Below, one piece after another: positions 38,095 through 48,400 of a stretch of DNA of 64,000 bases (positions are counted from its first letter, which is position 1; every line of letters begins with the position of its first letter). The stretch lies in the IMG/VR virus record IMGVR_UViG_3300031993_000016; one strand, 5' to 3'. Below the pieces are notes generated by a model, which had not been told where the DNA came from, did no database searches, and worked only from the letters and a program-made list of their open reading frames with translations. Origin of the DNA: a virus (taxonomy: Duplodnaviria; Caudoviricetes). The position numbers and the translations under genes were made by a program.

Positions 38095-38877
38095 CTACTC
38101 TCCATATTTACATTCTAACACAAACTTTGCAAGTACTGCATGCGCAGCTATTCTAGATCTAACAAGATCGTCAACAGCTTGTATAGCATAATGACGCACA
38201 CGAATTGAATCACTTGCACCTATTATGAAATTAAATACAAACTGTATGTTAGTTTCGGTATTATCCTCATAATGACCTAGCTGCCACACTATATTAGATG
38301 TAGTATCCTTAAACTGTAACAATGGTATAAGTGTCTGATAATATGCAAGTTGATCGGAAGTCAACTTATACACATATTCAACGTCATTTAATGTTTTAAC
38401 ACCTTTCCAAGCAAGCTGCTGAGATAGTCGATTATATTTTACAGTATCAATTAACTGTGCATAGTCGATAACATCGCGATCTATAGGTGTTGAAACGGTG
38501 ACGCAAGTACTTCTACTTATAATAGTATCAGGTACTTTGTATCTGTTACGACATGTCACTACAATATAAACGTTAGATGTAGGCTCCTCTAAAAACTTAA
38601 GTAATGTATAGGAAGCAGCAGGTACACCGGTATCTAAGTTTTCAATACAAAACAGTACCGGCGAAGTTAAATCATAACTAGCATCAAGCGTGCTACGTAT
38701 GTCCTGTACTGTTGGGGATATAGATGCAAAATCCATGATATCGAGCATCTTACCATATTCTTTTGCTAACATAGATTTACCACAACCTACATTGCCTTCA
38801 ATCAACACACTATGCCTGTCTGCAGCTGCAAGCAGCTGTAATTCTTTTATTGCAGATTCTTGAAATGTTAAATTCAT
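38095..38877 (-). CDS. Clamp loader delta-prime-like subunit (HolB-like)
   Basis: GNVGCGKS; LLKFLEEP; TIISRS. Confidence 0.75.
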   Translation of the reverse strand: MNLTFQESAIKELQLLAAADRHSVLIEGNVGCGKSMLAKEYGKMLDIMDFASISPTVQDIRSTLDASYDLTSPVLFCIENLDTGVPAASYTLLKFLEEPTSNVYIVVTCRNRYKVPDTIISRSTCVTVSTPIDRDVIDYAQLIDTVKYNRLSQQLAWKGVKTLNDVEYVYKLTSDQLAYYQTLIPLLQFKDTTSNIVWQLGHYEDNTETNIQFVFNFIIGASDSIRVRHYAIQAVDDLVRSRIAAHAVLAKFVLECKYGE

Positions 38878-39806
38878 GTTGCTGCCTCCATAGCTTCTAC
38901 ACTCGGGACTGTCTGAAATTTGAGTAAGCTAAATAAGTATATCAAACTGTTTGATATATCTGTAGAATATGTTCTAGACTTCTTAAGTTCTTCATAAGTA
39001 TTCATAAACATGTTGTAGATATCTTCTTTAGTCCACCGTTTCGCATACTCTCGAAGATTAGACGATGCTTGAGTATTGGAAGTTATTTTATCTAGCTCTA
39101 GCATAGTTGAAAGTATTGTATAATAGACTCCATCAACTTCTGTATAGTTCTGAATCAATTGATTGAGGTATGTAAAATTTCGACTAGCTATGCCTACCTT
39201 AATTTGATCTTCTGTAGATATATCCAATTTACCGAACAGCTTCATAATGGCCTTATCTGGTAAAGCAAATAGCTCTTCTGGAGCTACAGCAGACATGCAT
39301 GCACACATGTTCTGCGCATCATTATAATCATTTGCATACTGTGCAGCTAGGTTTATTAACTTATCAGGTAAATGTGGAAAATCTGTATGCAAGTATTTTA
39401 CTTTAAATTGTAAACTAACTGCATCAATTCGAACAGTGTAATTAGGTAAGAATTTATCTAACTTAGCAAGATGCTTTTCATTTTCATATAAGCATACTGC
39501 AGTACCTATTATCTTTAATGACTTGATCTTAGACGCAACAACTTCTGTCAACGTTGATACCAGATTCTCGTCATATCTACATATGTACAATGCAGGCTTC
39601 AGGGGTATGATATGTTTAGTAGACATAGTGTTAATTAATTCAGCAAAGCTTTGAATCTCTATAACATTATCATTGTAATGTTGTGCAAGCATTGAAAGAT
39701 ACTTCTTCTTAATACCATATTCGGTACCACCAAATATATAAAAGGATTTTGGATTATTGTTTAGAATTTCACTACCAACTTCTTGTATTGTCCTCAAGAT
39801 TATCAC
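38874..39806 (-). CDS. Clamp loader delta-like subunit (HolA-like)
   Basis: KSFYIFGGTEYGI N-terminus resembles the HolA P.YLL.G.E motif; adjacent to the HolB-like gene. Confidence 0.6.
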   Translation of the reverse strand: MIILRTIQEVGSEILNNNPKSFYIFGGTEYGIKKKYLSMLAQHYNDNVIEIQSFAELINTMSTKHIIPLKPALYICRYDENLVSTLTEVVASKIKSLKIIGTAVCLYENEKHLAKLDKFLPNYTVRIDAVSLQFKVKYLHTDFPHLPDKLINLAAQYANDYNDAQNMCACMSAVAPEELFALPDKAIMKLFGKLDISTEDQIKVGIASRNFTYLNQLIQNYTEVDGVYYTILSTMLELDKITSNTQASSNLREYAKRWTKEDIYNMFMNTYEELKKSRTYSTDISNSLIYLFSLLKFQTVPSVEAMEAAT

Positions 39807-39807
39807 C

Positions 39808-40278
39808 TCAATCTATCAGTGCGTAGAATGTATCTATTGGAGTTAATAATACTTTATAATTTCCTAGATCTAAAGAATATAATGTGTGCGGAGGTGTTTG
39901 CATCATCAACTCCACATGAGAAAATGAAATTGTATTACCAACCCTATAAGGATATGGTTTAATAACGAAGTTAGATGACACATCACGAGTTAGTATCATG
40001 ACCCAAGTGTGGGCTATTTTCTGTGAACCATCATCTACAAAATATGCAGGTTGTTTGAATTTAGCAGAAGCTTCACCTACAATCTTATTAAGTATCTTAG
40101 AATCAAACATAATTGGCTGATAAGGCTTAGTATGTGTTTTACACTCACCTAACCATTTGTCAGATTCAACATCGCCTGTAACTAGTGGTCTAGCCCCACT
40201 ACCTGTTACTTGATGCCAATCTAAATAATTAGCAATTGTCTTTTCTTGTTTATCACTGTATTCTTTATTATTCGTCAT
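39808..40278 (-). CDS. Holliday junction resolvase-like PD-(D/E)XK nuclease
   Basis: E..IA..L....GSGA....GDV.....ECK. Confidence 0.7.
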   Translation of the reverse strand: MTNNKEYSDKQEKTIANYLDWHQVTGSGARPLVTGDVESDKWLGECKTHTKPYQPIMFDSKILNKIVGEASAKFKQPAYFVDDGSQKIAHTWVMILTRDVSSNFVIKPYPYRVGNTISFSHVELMMQTPPHTLYSLDLGNYKVLLTPIDTFYALID

Positions 40279-41437
40279 ATTCATCAGCCTCATCGACAAC
40301 AGGATTGCCTTCAATATCTGCCATGATTACATCCTGTAACTTCTTGAAATAATCTGGATTAAGCTGTAAATAATCGAGTACTTTAGCCATGCCTTGTACT
40401 CTAATAGCTTTTCCAGTTTCATCTACGATTGCTTCCTTAGTTGACGGATCTAATATAGAATACCAAGCCCCAGATTTTGTAATTATTTGATATTTATTAA
40501 CTGCAAGATCTGCAAAATCCATATCAATACGAATACCAGACTGCGCCATCAAGTGATATGAAGCATTTTTTCTGTCAAATGATGCAGATTTCTGCTTAGT
40601 AAGTCTCACATTTATAATATATCCTGCAGGATTTTCTGCGCTCTGTGGAAGCTCATTACCTAAGAAATCTACCGGAGAACCTATTCTGAATCGCATTATT
40701 AATGAAGCATAGAATTTAAGTGCTCTACCGCCTGGCATGTTTTCTATATACGGATTGTCTAGATTATCACGATTCTGATTAATCATAAGAAGCGTGCAAT
40801 TGTAACGAGTAAGTATAGGTATAATCTTCCTACAGAATACTGTCATCAATCCTGCTAATGCTGCTACAGTACGCTCTCCAAGTTTTTTCTCTAACTCAGC
40901 TTTAGGCACAAGTGATGGTATACTGTCTAAAACAGCTAAACCTATTTCGCCTGTTTCAATCAGAGATTTAAGTGCTTCTAGTTCCTCTTCAGCGTGCACA
41001 TCAGGGGGTTGCATAATATCAATGGAACCTTCATCAATGCCTAGCACAGATGCCCAAAATGCATCAAAAGTATGCTCAAGGTCTAGATAAAATACCTTTT
41101 TCGGACCGCGTTCTTCGAGATCTTCAATTTCAGCAGCTAACTGTTTCTGACCATTTGCATACTTAGTCCTAAGATCACTGAGCTGCGCATCAAATTCTTC
41201 ATCAAATATCTTTTTAGCATTTTTGCAAATATCGGCAGCACTGGTACTCTTACCTCCGCCTGGATCTCCGAAGAATACTGTGAGTTTGTTCCTAGGTATT
41301 CCGCCATATGTTGCATAATTCAAAAGAGGACTGGAAAAAGGGATTTTAGGCCCCCGTTCTGCCTTAGCACCGTCCATCAAACCAGGGCAGTTCCAGTCCT
41401 TTTTAAGCTTATTAATAATACTTTCATAAGATGACAT
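40268..41437 (-). CDS. recA: RecA/UvsX-family recombinase
   Basis: GGIPR, GDPGGGKS, VLDSIPSLVPKAE, INQ.R, PGGRALKFYAS. Confidence 0.93.
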   Translation of the reverse strand: MSSYESIINKLKKDWNCPGLMDGAKAERGPKIPFSSPLLNYATYGGIPRNKLTVFFGDPGGGKSTSAADICKNAKKIFDEEFDAQLSDLRTKYANGQKQLAAEIEDLEERGPKKVFYLDLEHTFDAFWASVLGIDEGSIDIMQPPDVHAEEELEALKSLIETGEIGLAVLDSIPSLVPKAELEKKLGERTVAALAGLMTVFCRKIIPILTRYNCTLLMINQNRDNLDNPYIENMPGGRALKFYASLIMRFRIGSPVDFLGNELPQSAENPAGYIINVRLTKQKSASFDRKNASYHLMAQSGIRIDMDFADLAVNKYQIITKSGAWYSILDPSTKEAIVDETGKAIRVQGMAKVLDYLQLNPDYFKKLQDVIMADIEGNPVVDEADEYDE

Positions 41438-41478
41438 AGTCTATCTCCTTTCAACAGGTCTCTGTATATATAACGATT

Positions 41479-42048
41479 TTACTTGACATACTGTTGTCGA
41501 TTATATTCAGGTAGTTCAGGTGTAACCGGTTCAACTGGATTAACTGCTTCACCTGCTCTACGAGAATCCCATATCTTCTTAGACCCCATTATAAGTTCTT
41601 TAGAAAATGTTTGCTCATTCTCTACTCGAGTAATTACAGAAGTGTATGCTGCTAAAAGTATCTCATATTCGATTAAGCTTTCACTTATTTTATGAGATAC
41701 ATGTTCTTGTGTTTCTACTTTATTCATAGCTAGTGCAGCTGCTTCAGCAACAGCTTGAGTACGAATTGCCTCTACCTTCTCCTTGTTCTTGAGCTTCACA
41801 ACTTGTGCATCAAGTCGAAGCTTATTTAAATTTTCAGCTACACTTATGAGCTCCATAGGGAATAATGTAAGTATATATTCAAGTTCTTCATCAGTAATAG
41901 GCTGTATTTCAGATTTTAATCTAGTATACAAGTACTTAACTTGAGTAAAGTGTTCAGCAAACAAGTTATCATATAGTTCATCACAGAAGTTTTTGATAAC
42001 AGCGGAATCACTTTCGTATTCTTCAATTACTTTATATAGATCAGACAT
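41479..42048 (-). CDS. Hypothetical helical protein
   Basis: Start MSDLYK after AGGAG. Confidence 0.65.
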   Translation of the reverse strand: MSDLYKVIEEYESDSAVIKNFCDELYDNLFAEHFTQVKYLYTRLKSEIQPITDEELEYILTLFPMELISVAENLNKLRLDAQVVKLKNKEKVEAIRTQAVAEAAALAMNKVETQEHVSHKISESLIEYEILLAAYTSVITRVENEQTFSKELIMGSKKIWDSRRAGEAVNPVEPVTPELPEYNRQQYVK

Positions 42049-42049
42049 A

Positions 42050-43531
42050 TCAACTCTCCTTTTTAGGTACGCATAAATAAGTAATTGCAATCTCTTGCAG
42101 ATATTGAGTAGTCTTCAATTCAGCATTGAGTTTAAGTAACTTATTAGCAAGCTTTAAGCATATCAAGCTGTGTTTAGGTCCATAAGGGGCAACCTTCTCT
42201 GCGTAATGTGCTGGTATCATAGTTGCTTCAATATCTTGCATGAATATGTATTTCACTATGTTTATTACAAATGCGTGGAAGCCTTCAAACCACTTGACAA
42301 AATTAACCCCAGAATTGTAGACGGTATGGATTATTTTAGCAATCGCTTCATTATCGTGTTTGGCATATGCAGATAATAATGTAAAATAATCATCATATTG
42401 AGGTAAATTAAGTGCTTCTACTAATCCTTCTGAAGTTATATGTGTGCTGTATGCAAGTGCTTTATCTAAAAGTGTAAGGGCGTCACGCATACCACCATTT
42501 GCTAGCTTCGCAATGTAACTGATTGCAGAATCTTCATAAGTAATATCACGACCTTCTTTATTCTCGCAATCAATAACATATTTAAGTCGATTAATGATAC
42601 CGTCTAGGCTGATCTTAGATAGCTGAAATGTTTGAACTCTTGAAGTGATTGTTGCAGGTATTTTTTCAGGATTTGTAGTAGCAAAAAGAAATATAGATTT
42701 AGCAGGGCTTTCTTCCAATACCTTCAAAGCAGACTGCCATGCCGCAGATGATAGTGCATGCGATTCATCAATTATAAATATCTTATAATTCATACCAATT
42801 GGATATGTCTGTGCCTGCTCAACAATACTTCGCATCTTGTCTACACCGCTGTTTGACGCTGCATCAATTTCAATCGGCTCACCTTTACCTTCATTCAATA
42901 CATTAGCAATTATACGACAAGTAGTTGTATTATGCGTCGGTATAAATCCATCAGAAACATAAGTATGATCAGGATGGTCGATGTAGATACACTGACAAGA
43001 TTCGTTACCAACATATCTTATATCAACAATATGTCGTTGTTCTAAACACGAAGGAGCATCAAAATGCCACTTAGTTAAGTTTGCATTAGGTATAGTTATT
43101 GTGTGTCCGCGATCAAACTGAGCTATTAAGCAATCAGTAGTAATAACATGCTCTACACCATCAATGCAAACTAAATTTAAATGATTATCTGCAACTCGAA
43201 TCACACACTCATCATGTAGCGTAATTGCATAAATGGGCCGTTCACCTTGCGGAAATACACCACTGACCTTGCCTGTATCGCCGGAATGCGTAATTACTTC
43301 TGTACCTATCTTTACATCTTGCATTTCAATGAACCCTGACGGTGTAAGTACTTTACTATCTAGAGGCTGAGCTTTACCGGTCCCCGCAGGTCCAATAAAT
43401 AAAAAGTTTCTACAATTAAGATTTTTATCTTCGCATAACTTTCTAACCATGTTGACTACCAACTTCTGTTCTACCATATCATCGAAAGTTGCAGGACGAT
43501 ATTTGTTTGCTAAATTGCCTAGATTTGCCAT
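42050..43531 (-). CDS. dnaX: Clamp loader ATPase (DnaX gamma/tau-like) with intein
   Basis: LANKYRP..F, GPAGTGK|TT, EIDAASNSG, IIDESH, ATTNPEKIP.TI.SR, GGMRDAL. Confidence 0.9.
   Translation of the reverse strand: MANLGNLANKYRPATFDDMVEQKLVVNMVRKLCEDKNLNCRNFLFIGPAGTGKAQPLDSKVLTPSGFIEMQDVKIGTEVITHSGDTGKVSGVFPQGERPIYAITLHDECVIRVADNHLNLVCIDGVEHVITTDCLIAQFDRGHTITIPNANLTKWHFDAPSCLEQRHIVDIRYVGNESCQCIYIDHPDHTYVSDGFIPTHNTTTCRIIANVLNEGKGEPIEIDAASNSGVDKMRSIVEQAQTYPIGMNYKIFIIDESHALSSAAWQSALKVLEESPAKSIFLFATTNPEKIPATITSRVQTFQLSKISLDGIINRLKYVIDCENKEGRDITYEDSAISYIAKLANGGMRDALTLLDKALAYSTHITSEGLVEALNLPQYDDYFTLLSAYAKHDNEAIAKIIHTVYNSGVNFVKWFEGFHAFVINIVKYIFMQDIEATMIPAHYAEKVAPYGPKHSLICLKLANKLLKLNAELKTTQYLQEIAITYLCVPKKES
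42929..43372 (-). mobile_element. Mini-intein (148 aa) starting with Ala, inserted in the DnaX Walker A motif
   Basis: GK|AQPLDSKVLTPSG...CQCIYID...IPTHN|TT; no endonuclease domain. Confidence 0.9.
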
Positions 43532-43543
43532 ATATTATAGCTC

Positions 43544-44329
43544 CTATCTGCCATATTCGGCACATTTATTGTAATATGGACACATTGAAATCGTACACCA
43601 TGGATCACCTTTAGGTAATGGATCTGGTGCTAGATTTTTATCAACCATATCTATTACATACTTAAAACGATTTTTCACTTCCAACATATCTTGATCAGTT
43701 ACATGTACTTCATAACATTTAAATCCACCATATTGCCTATCTTGGTACATGAATAGTACGTCATGTATGTTAAGCAGGGTTGCATAACATTTTATTTGGT
43801 CTATATGTTGCAGTTTTGGATCTGTTAAATCGTTCCAGGAACTAAATTCAGATGTTTTGATTTCTAACAAGTAAATCTTATTATTCCATCGTACTAGTCC
43901 ATCACATGCAAACATTATTGGTGGATCTATTATATGTATCTGACATTCTAAGTCGTCAGCAGTTGAATCAATTATATATTCATACTCAGGTTTTAGATCT
44001 TCTAGATAATCTGATACAGACAACCAATCATCTTTAAGCATTGATTTAAGATTAGTTTGGATTATTCTATGACATGCTGTGCCGATTTCAGCACTGAAGT
44101 TAAGCACCAAATCAGGTTCTTTTACAATATCAGGTTGAACTCCACGTAATCTAAACCAGGATTTTCGATTACAACGAAATGCAGACCCTGCAAAGGTTTG
44201 ATGTGAGGGCTCAGAGAGATCTTCACGAATCTGATCTTTGATATAGTTTTCGTAGTTATCTAAAAATTCTGAGCTTATCGCAGAGTTAAATCTTGCAAGA
44301 TGGTCTGCGTTCCATTGTTTAAATGCCAT
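43544..44329 (-). CDS. Cas4-like PD-(D/E)XK exonuclease
   Basis: C.RK.W, GTACH, DG...EIKT, Q...Y and C-terminal C...CPY...C. Confidence 0.8.
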   Translation of the reverse strand: MAFKQWNADHLARFNSAISSEFLDNYENYIKDQIREDLSEPSHQTFAGSAFRCNRKSWFRLRGVQPDIVKEPDLVLNFSAEIGTACHRIIQTNLKSMLKDDWLSVSDYLEDLKPEYEYIIDSTADDLECQIHIIDPPIMFACDGLVRWNNKIYLLEIKTSEFSSWNDLTDPKLQHIDQIKCYATLLNIHDVLFMYQDRQYGGFKCYEVHVTDQDMLEVKNRFKYVIDMVDKNLAPDPLPKGDPWCTISMCPYYNKCAEYGR

Positions 44330-44330
44330 G

Positions 44331-45461
44331 TTATTCTACTCCTGCTACAACTGTAGTCAAATCGTTGTTCCATACAATGATACCTGTAATCTCTGTTTCA
44401 CCAGTATCTTCATCAAAACGCGATGACGAGCAGATCTGTATAGTATCATCAGTATAGTTGCTAAGTACCTGTTTAAGCAGATCTAGCTTGAAATCAAGTG
44501 AAAACTGAATATTATTATCACCATCACCGGCAATCTGACCATCTACATTCTTATCTCTGAGATATACAGTACGATTATCTACAGATAATTTGATAGTATC
44601 ATCAGAAGATGTTGAAAGCAACAGTGCCTGATTAAGTAACTTAGTAATAGCAGCTGTTGAAATCTTAATGCTGTTTGCAGGTCGCTGCATAGCTTCAAGT
44701 ATCATACTAGAACTATAATCCCCTACACCATCATCTGATTCGTAGAATGGACTAAACTGTGTTATGTAAGAATAGCTATCAGCCGATATCTGAATTACAT
44801 AATCCTTATCAACTTTAGATAATTTAGCACCGTCAGGTAAGGAATTGAATAAGTTAATAATTGTATCAGATACTAAACAAGTACTTCCAAGCTTGTTCTT
44901 ATTAGAATGTGTGAATAATCCGATATCAATATTACCTACAAGTACATCACCTGATTCACCGAGCCATACCTTTGTATACACTGGATGAACAAATGCCATT
45001 GAGATTGCATACATCTGATTATCTTTGATGAACTTCCAATCAGCTTTATCAATATCAATAGCAGTAGCCGAAGCATCCGGTACTACCGGTGATTTGAGCT
45101 CAAATTCTGTACTGTCAATCATCTTCGGCAAAGTAAATTTGGATTTACCAGAATGAATAGTTAGACCACTTTCTGAAAACTCTAAAGTTACCGTTGAGGA
45201 GTCTAAAGTGCTTATTAACTGCTTCAAGAGCAAACTATCTACAAATATTGTAGCAGAATTACTCTCACCAGAACCTTCACCAGAACCTTTGAGCTGAATC
45301 TCAGTACAGATATTAGCAGCTTCTATGTTTATTTTAAGTGTAGTAGAATCTGCACTAACCTGTACTACGCAACTTTTCTTATGAAAATTGGAAACATTAG
45401 AATTAACAATTCCAAGATTCAAAGAATCTGAAAGCGGTTTTGTGTTTGTTGTAAATTTCAT
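44331..45461 (-). CDS. Sliding clamp (DnaN beta-clamp-like)
   Basis: About 376 aa; MKFTTN..PL..SL start; three-domain alpha/beta pattern; lies between the polymerase and the clamp loader. Confidence 0.65.
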   Translation of the reverse strand: MKFTTNTKPLSDSLNLGIVNSNVSNFHKKSCVVQVSADSTTLKINIEAANICTEIQLKGSGEGSGESNSATIFVDSLLLKQLISTLDSSTVTLEFSESGLTIHSGKSKFTLPKMIDSTEFELKSPVVPDASATAIDIDKADWKFIKDNQMYAISMAFVHPVYTKVWLGESGDVLVGNIDIGLFTHSNKNKLGSTCLVSDTIINLFNSLPDGAKLSKVDKDYVIQISADSYSYITQFSPFYESDDGVGDYSSSMILEAMQRPANSIKISTAAITKLLNQALLLSTSSDDTIKLSVDNRTVYLRDKNVDGQIAGDGDNNIQFSLDFKLDLLKQVLSNYTDDTIQICSSSRFDEDTGETEITGIIVWNNDLTTVVAGVE

Positions 45462-45494
45462 ATGCTTATCTCCTTTATGGATATATTTCACTTA

Positions 45495-48400
45495 CTATAA
45501 CGATTCTCCATAGATTACTTTATGTTCTATATGCTCAATAAACTGAATATCTGATTCAATGTGATAGCGTCGTTTATAGTCTTCAATAGCTGCAAAATAC
45601 TCATCACTTTCAATACCATTAACACCTAATGCTGCATCACCCCTAGGCTTCTCACCATTTTCATCTTTATATACAGGCAATATGTATTCATTCTCGTACA
45701 GCTGATATTGAACCCATTTAATCTCTTCTGGACTTAAATTTTCTAGAGATTCAGGTTTTGGATATTTACAAGGATATTCTAATCCATACCATCTAAGTGT
45801 TGTTGTTACGTCGCACGTCATGTTAAATGGCAAGAAAGAAGCAGCTTCAATCATACATCTACTTAGTATCTCTCCACCTTCTTTCCAATGTTCTATAGGA
45901 ACTTCACAGCATAACTCATCGTGAATTGGTGTAAGCAAACGCCCCCCAATACGTAACCAATCAGGGTCGTTACATAAGTTTAGTATGGCAAGTTTTGACA
46001 TATCAGCTGCACTGCCCTGGATAATCGAATTCAATATCTGTCTAGTAGCGTCTTGTATTTTAGATCGATTGTTAATAACTTTAATATGTTCGCCATCATG
46101 TAATTGCTTCATTCTATTAGCAACTTGACCAAAGTACTTGTATCCTTTAAACTCCTTTAATAAGGATGCTTTTATTCTTTCAGGTATGTCTGATTTGTTT
46201 TTGAGTGTTTCTGGATCTAACGGATCTATATCAGGGTTTACATATCCTGCAAGCGGTTTGAATTCGTATTCCGGCAATTGCATATCCGGAAGATGACGAC
46301 GTCTGCCAAGTATTGTTTCCGTATATCCATGAGTTACTACAAATTTTTGAGATGCTAACATTATTTTACGAAGACCTGGAAATGCATTCATAACAGAATC
46401 ATATACTTTTTGAGCACCTTTGATCTTCTCTTCATCTGTCATATCATCTCTAGAATTATATAACTGTTCTGCAATTGACGGGATTGCACGCCCGTATGAA
46501 ATTCCAAGCAAAATTGTTTTAGCTTCACCCCTTCGTGCCTTACCATCCGGTTGATATTCATGAGTATCTGGATGAAATTCGAGACATTTTTCATAAGGTA
46601 CGTTAAATGCAAGGCTTGCAATACTTGCGTATATATCACGATTCTGGATAAAAGAATCAAGCATACCTTTATCCCCTGACACAAATGCAGTTATTGCAGG
46701 TTCCTGTCGACTATAATCTGATGACAGCATAACATATCCAGGTGTTGCTCTAAACATATGTCGTATATCATGAGCATTAGATGGAATATTCATTACGTTC
46801 GGTTCACTCGAACTAAGACGACCTGTATTATGTGATATCATACCATTACTTATGAAAGAATGAGTTTCCGGTACAACAAAATCATAAACATCATTAACAG
46901 AATGTTCAATCTTCTTGACCTTAACATAGAATGAATCACCTACACGGCGATGCCAGTATTGATTTTTTACGCAAGGCTTTGTATCCTTTATCTTCTTAGT
47001 TTCTATAAAACCTATATGATCTCTAAAAAGCAGATAATTATCTGCATTGAATACTAAGCAAAGAAACATATCCGTAACACCTTTAACATTATAAGAAATG
47101 TGCGAATATATACCTTGTGATATGAGATACTGCTGTACAAACCTAGCATCCTGTTCATTCAAAATAGACAATTCAAATGCTACACGCTCATTTTCATCTA
47201 CATACACAGTTGAATCTAAGGTCATACCTTTGATGTATGCATTGATTACTGAAGACGGAGATTTATATATAGCATCAGGTATTTTTTTGTTTCTTGTACC
47301 GTGACATAATATGTGATCAAGATCTCGTAGTTGCATACAATCTATGTAAGTTTCTACTTCGTGATTTTCACGTTGTTTTGCACATTGACATGTAGTAACA
47401 TTAAATAAAGATTTTGCTAACTCGCTGTATCTAGTATATACATCAGGATCATCATTGGATAATGCTATAGTATATGTACCTTCTCTGCAAGCTGCGGAAC
47501 CATCCGCATGATACATACCTAAAAATTCTGCAAATTCTTCATTAAAAATATCCGGTAACTGAGCTTCAACAGAAGTGTGGTTTCTTACAGCTGTTAGAAC
47601 TAAGTTTGTCTGTTGGTAGGATCCAGTAACTTTAAAATTGCATGGAATTTCGATAAGATCATTAATCTTTAACTCGTCTAACTGTTTAAATCTTCGATCT
47701 TCCCATAGCGAATGCAATCTAGGATATTCACCTTTATAATTATACATCAAATAAGATGAACGCTCACTTGCAGTGTATTTACTAACCATAATTGGGTGAT
47801 TAGGTGTACCTTCTAAAACTAAGCCAAGTTCTGTAGTAACTTTAATTGTAGATACATTATGATAGCACACGCAGTGCGATGCACTCTCTAAAGACTGATC
47901 TTTATTTATTATTTGTATGCCATGCACTTCTGCAAACTCACCATCTGGTAAATCTATAACATTAGACTTATTTGTTAACTCTTCTATAGTATAGTATCCA
48001 GAATCGGTAGGTATAAGAGAATCCCCTGTAATGCAAGCTGCCCCAACGGAAGAGAATCTAGCATGAATTCGACTATCAGCTGTAGTTGCATTTGGCATCT
48101 TCTCTACAAATGTACTTATCAATACACCTAAACTTCGCACTTTAAGTATCTGATTTGTGATTGGAAGATTCATCTCAGCTAATACAGTTTTATCTGTACT
48201 ACCACCATTTTTACCTTGTGGTAAATTCATAACTGTATATAAAAGATACTTAACGTGTGGGGGAGATTTTGGATTGAAAGTTGATCCGCTTGTAAACGGC
48301 TTTTTAGAAAATGCGGGAATTGTTGTAGATTTTGCTAATTCATCATCTACCATAGCAGATAATATGTCCATTTCTGCTGCACGCTTCTTAGTGTAACGCT

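Noticed and set aside
43544-44329. CRISPR-Cas system suggested by the Cas4-like gene
   Set aside because: No repeat-spacer array or other cas genes were seen; solo Cas4-like nucleases are common in phage replication blocks.
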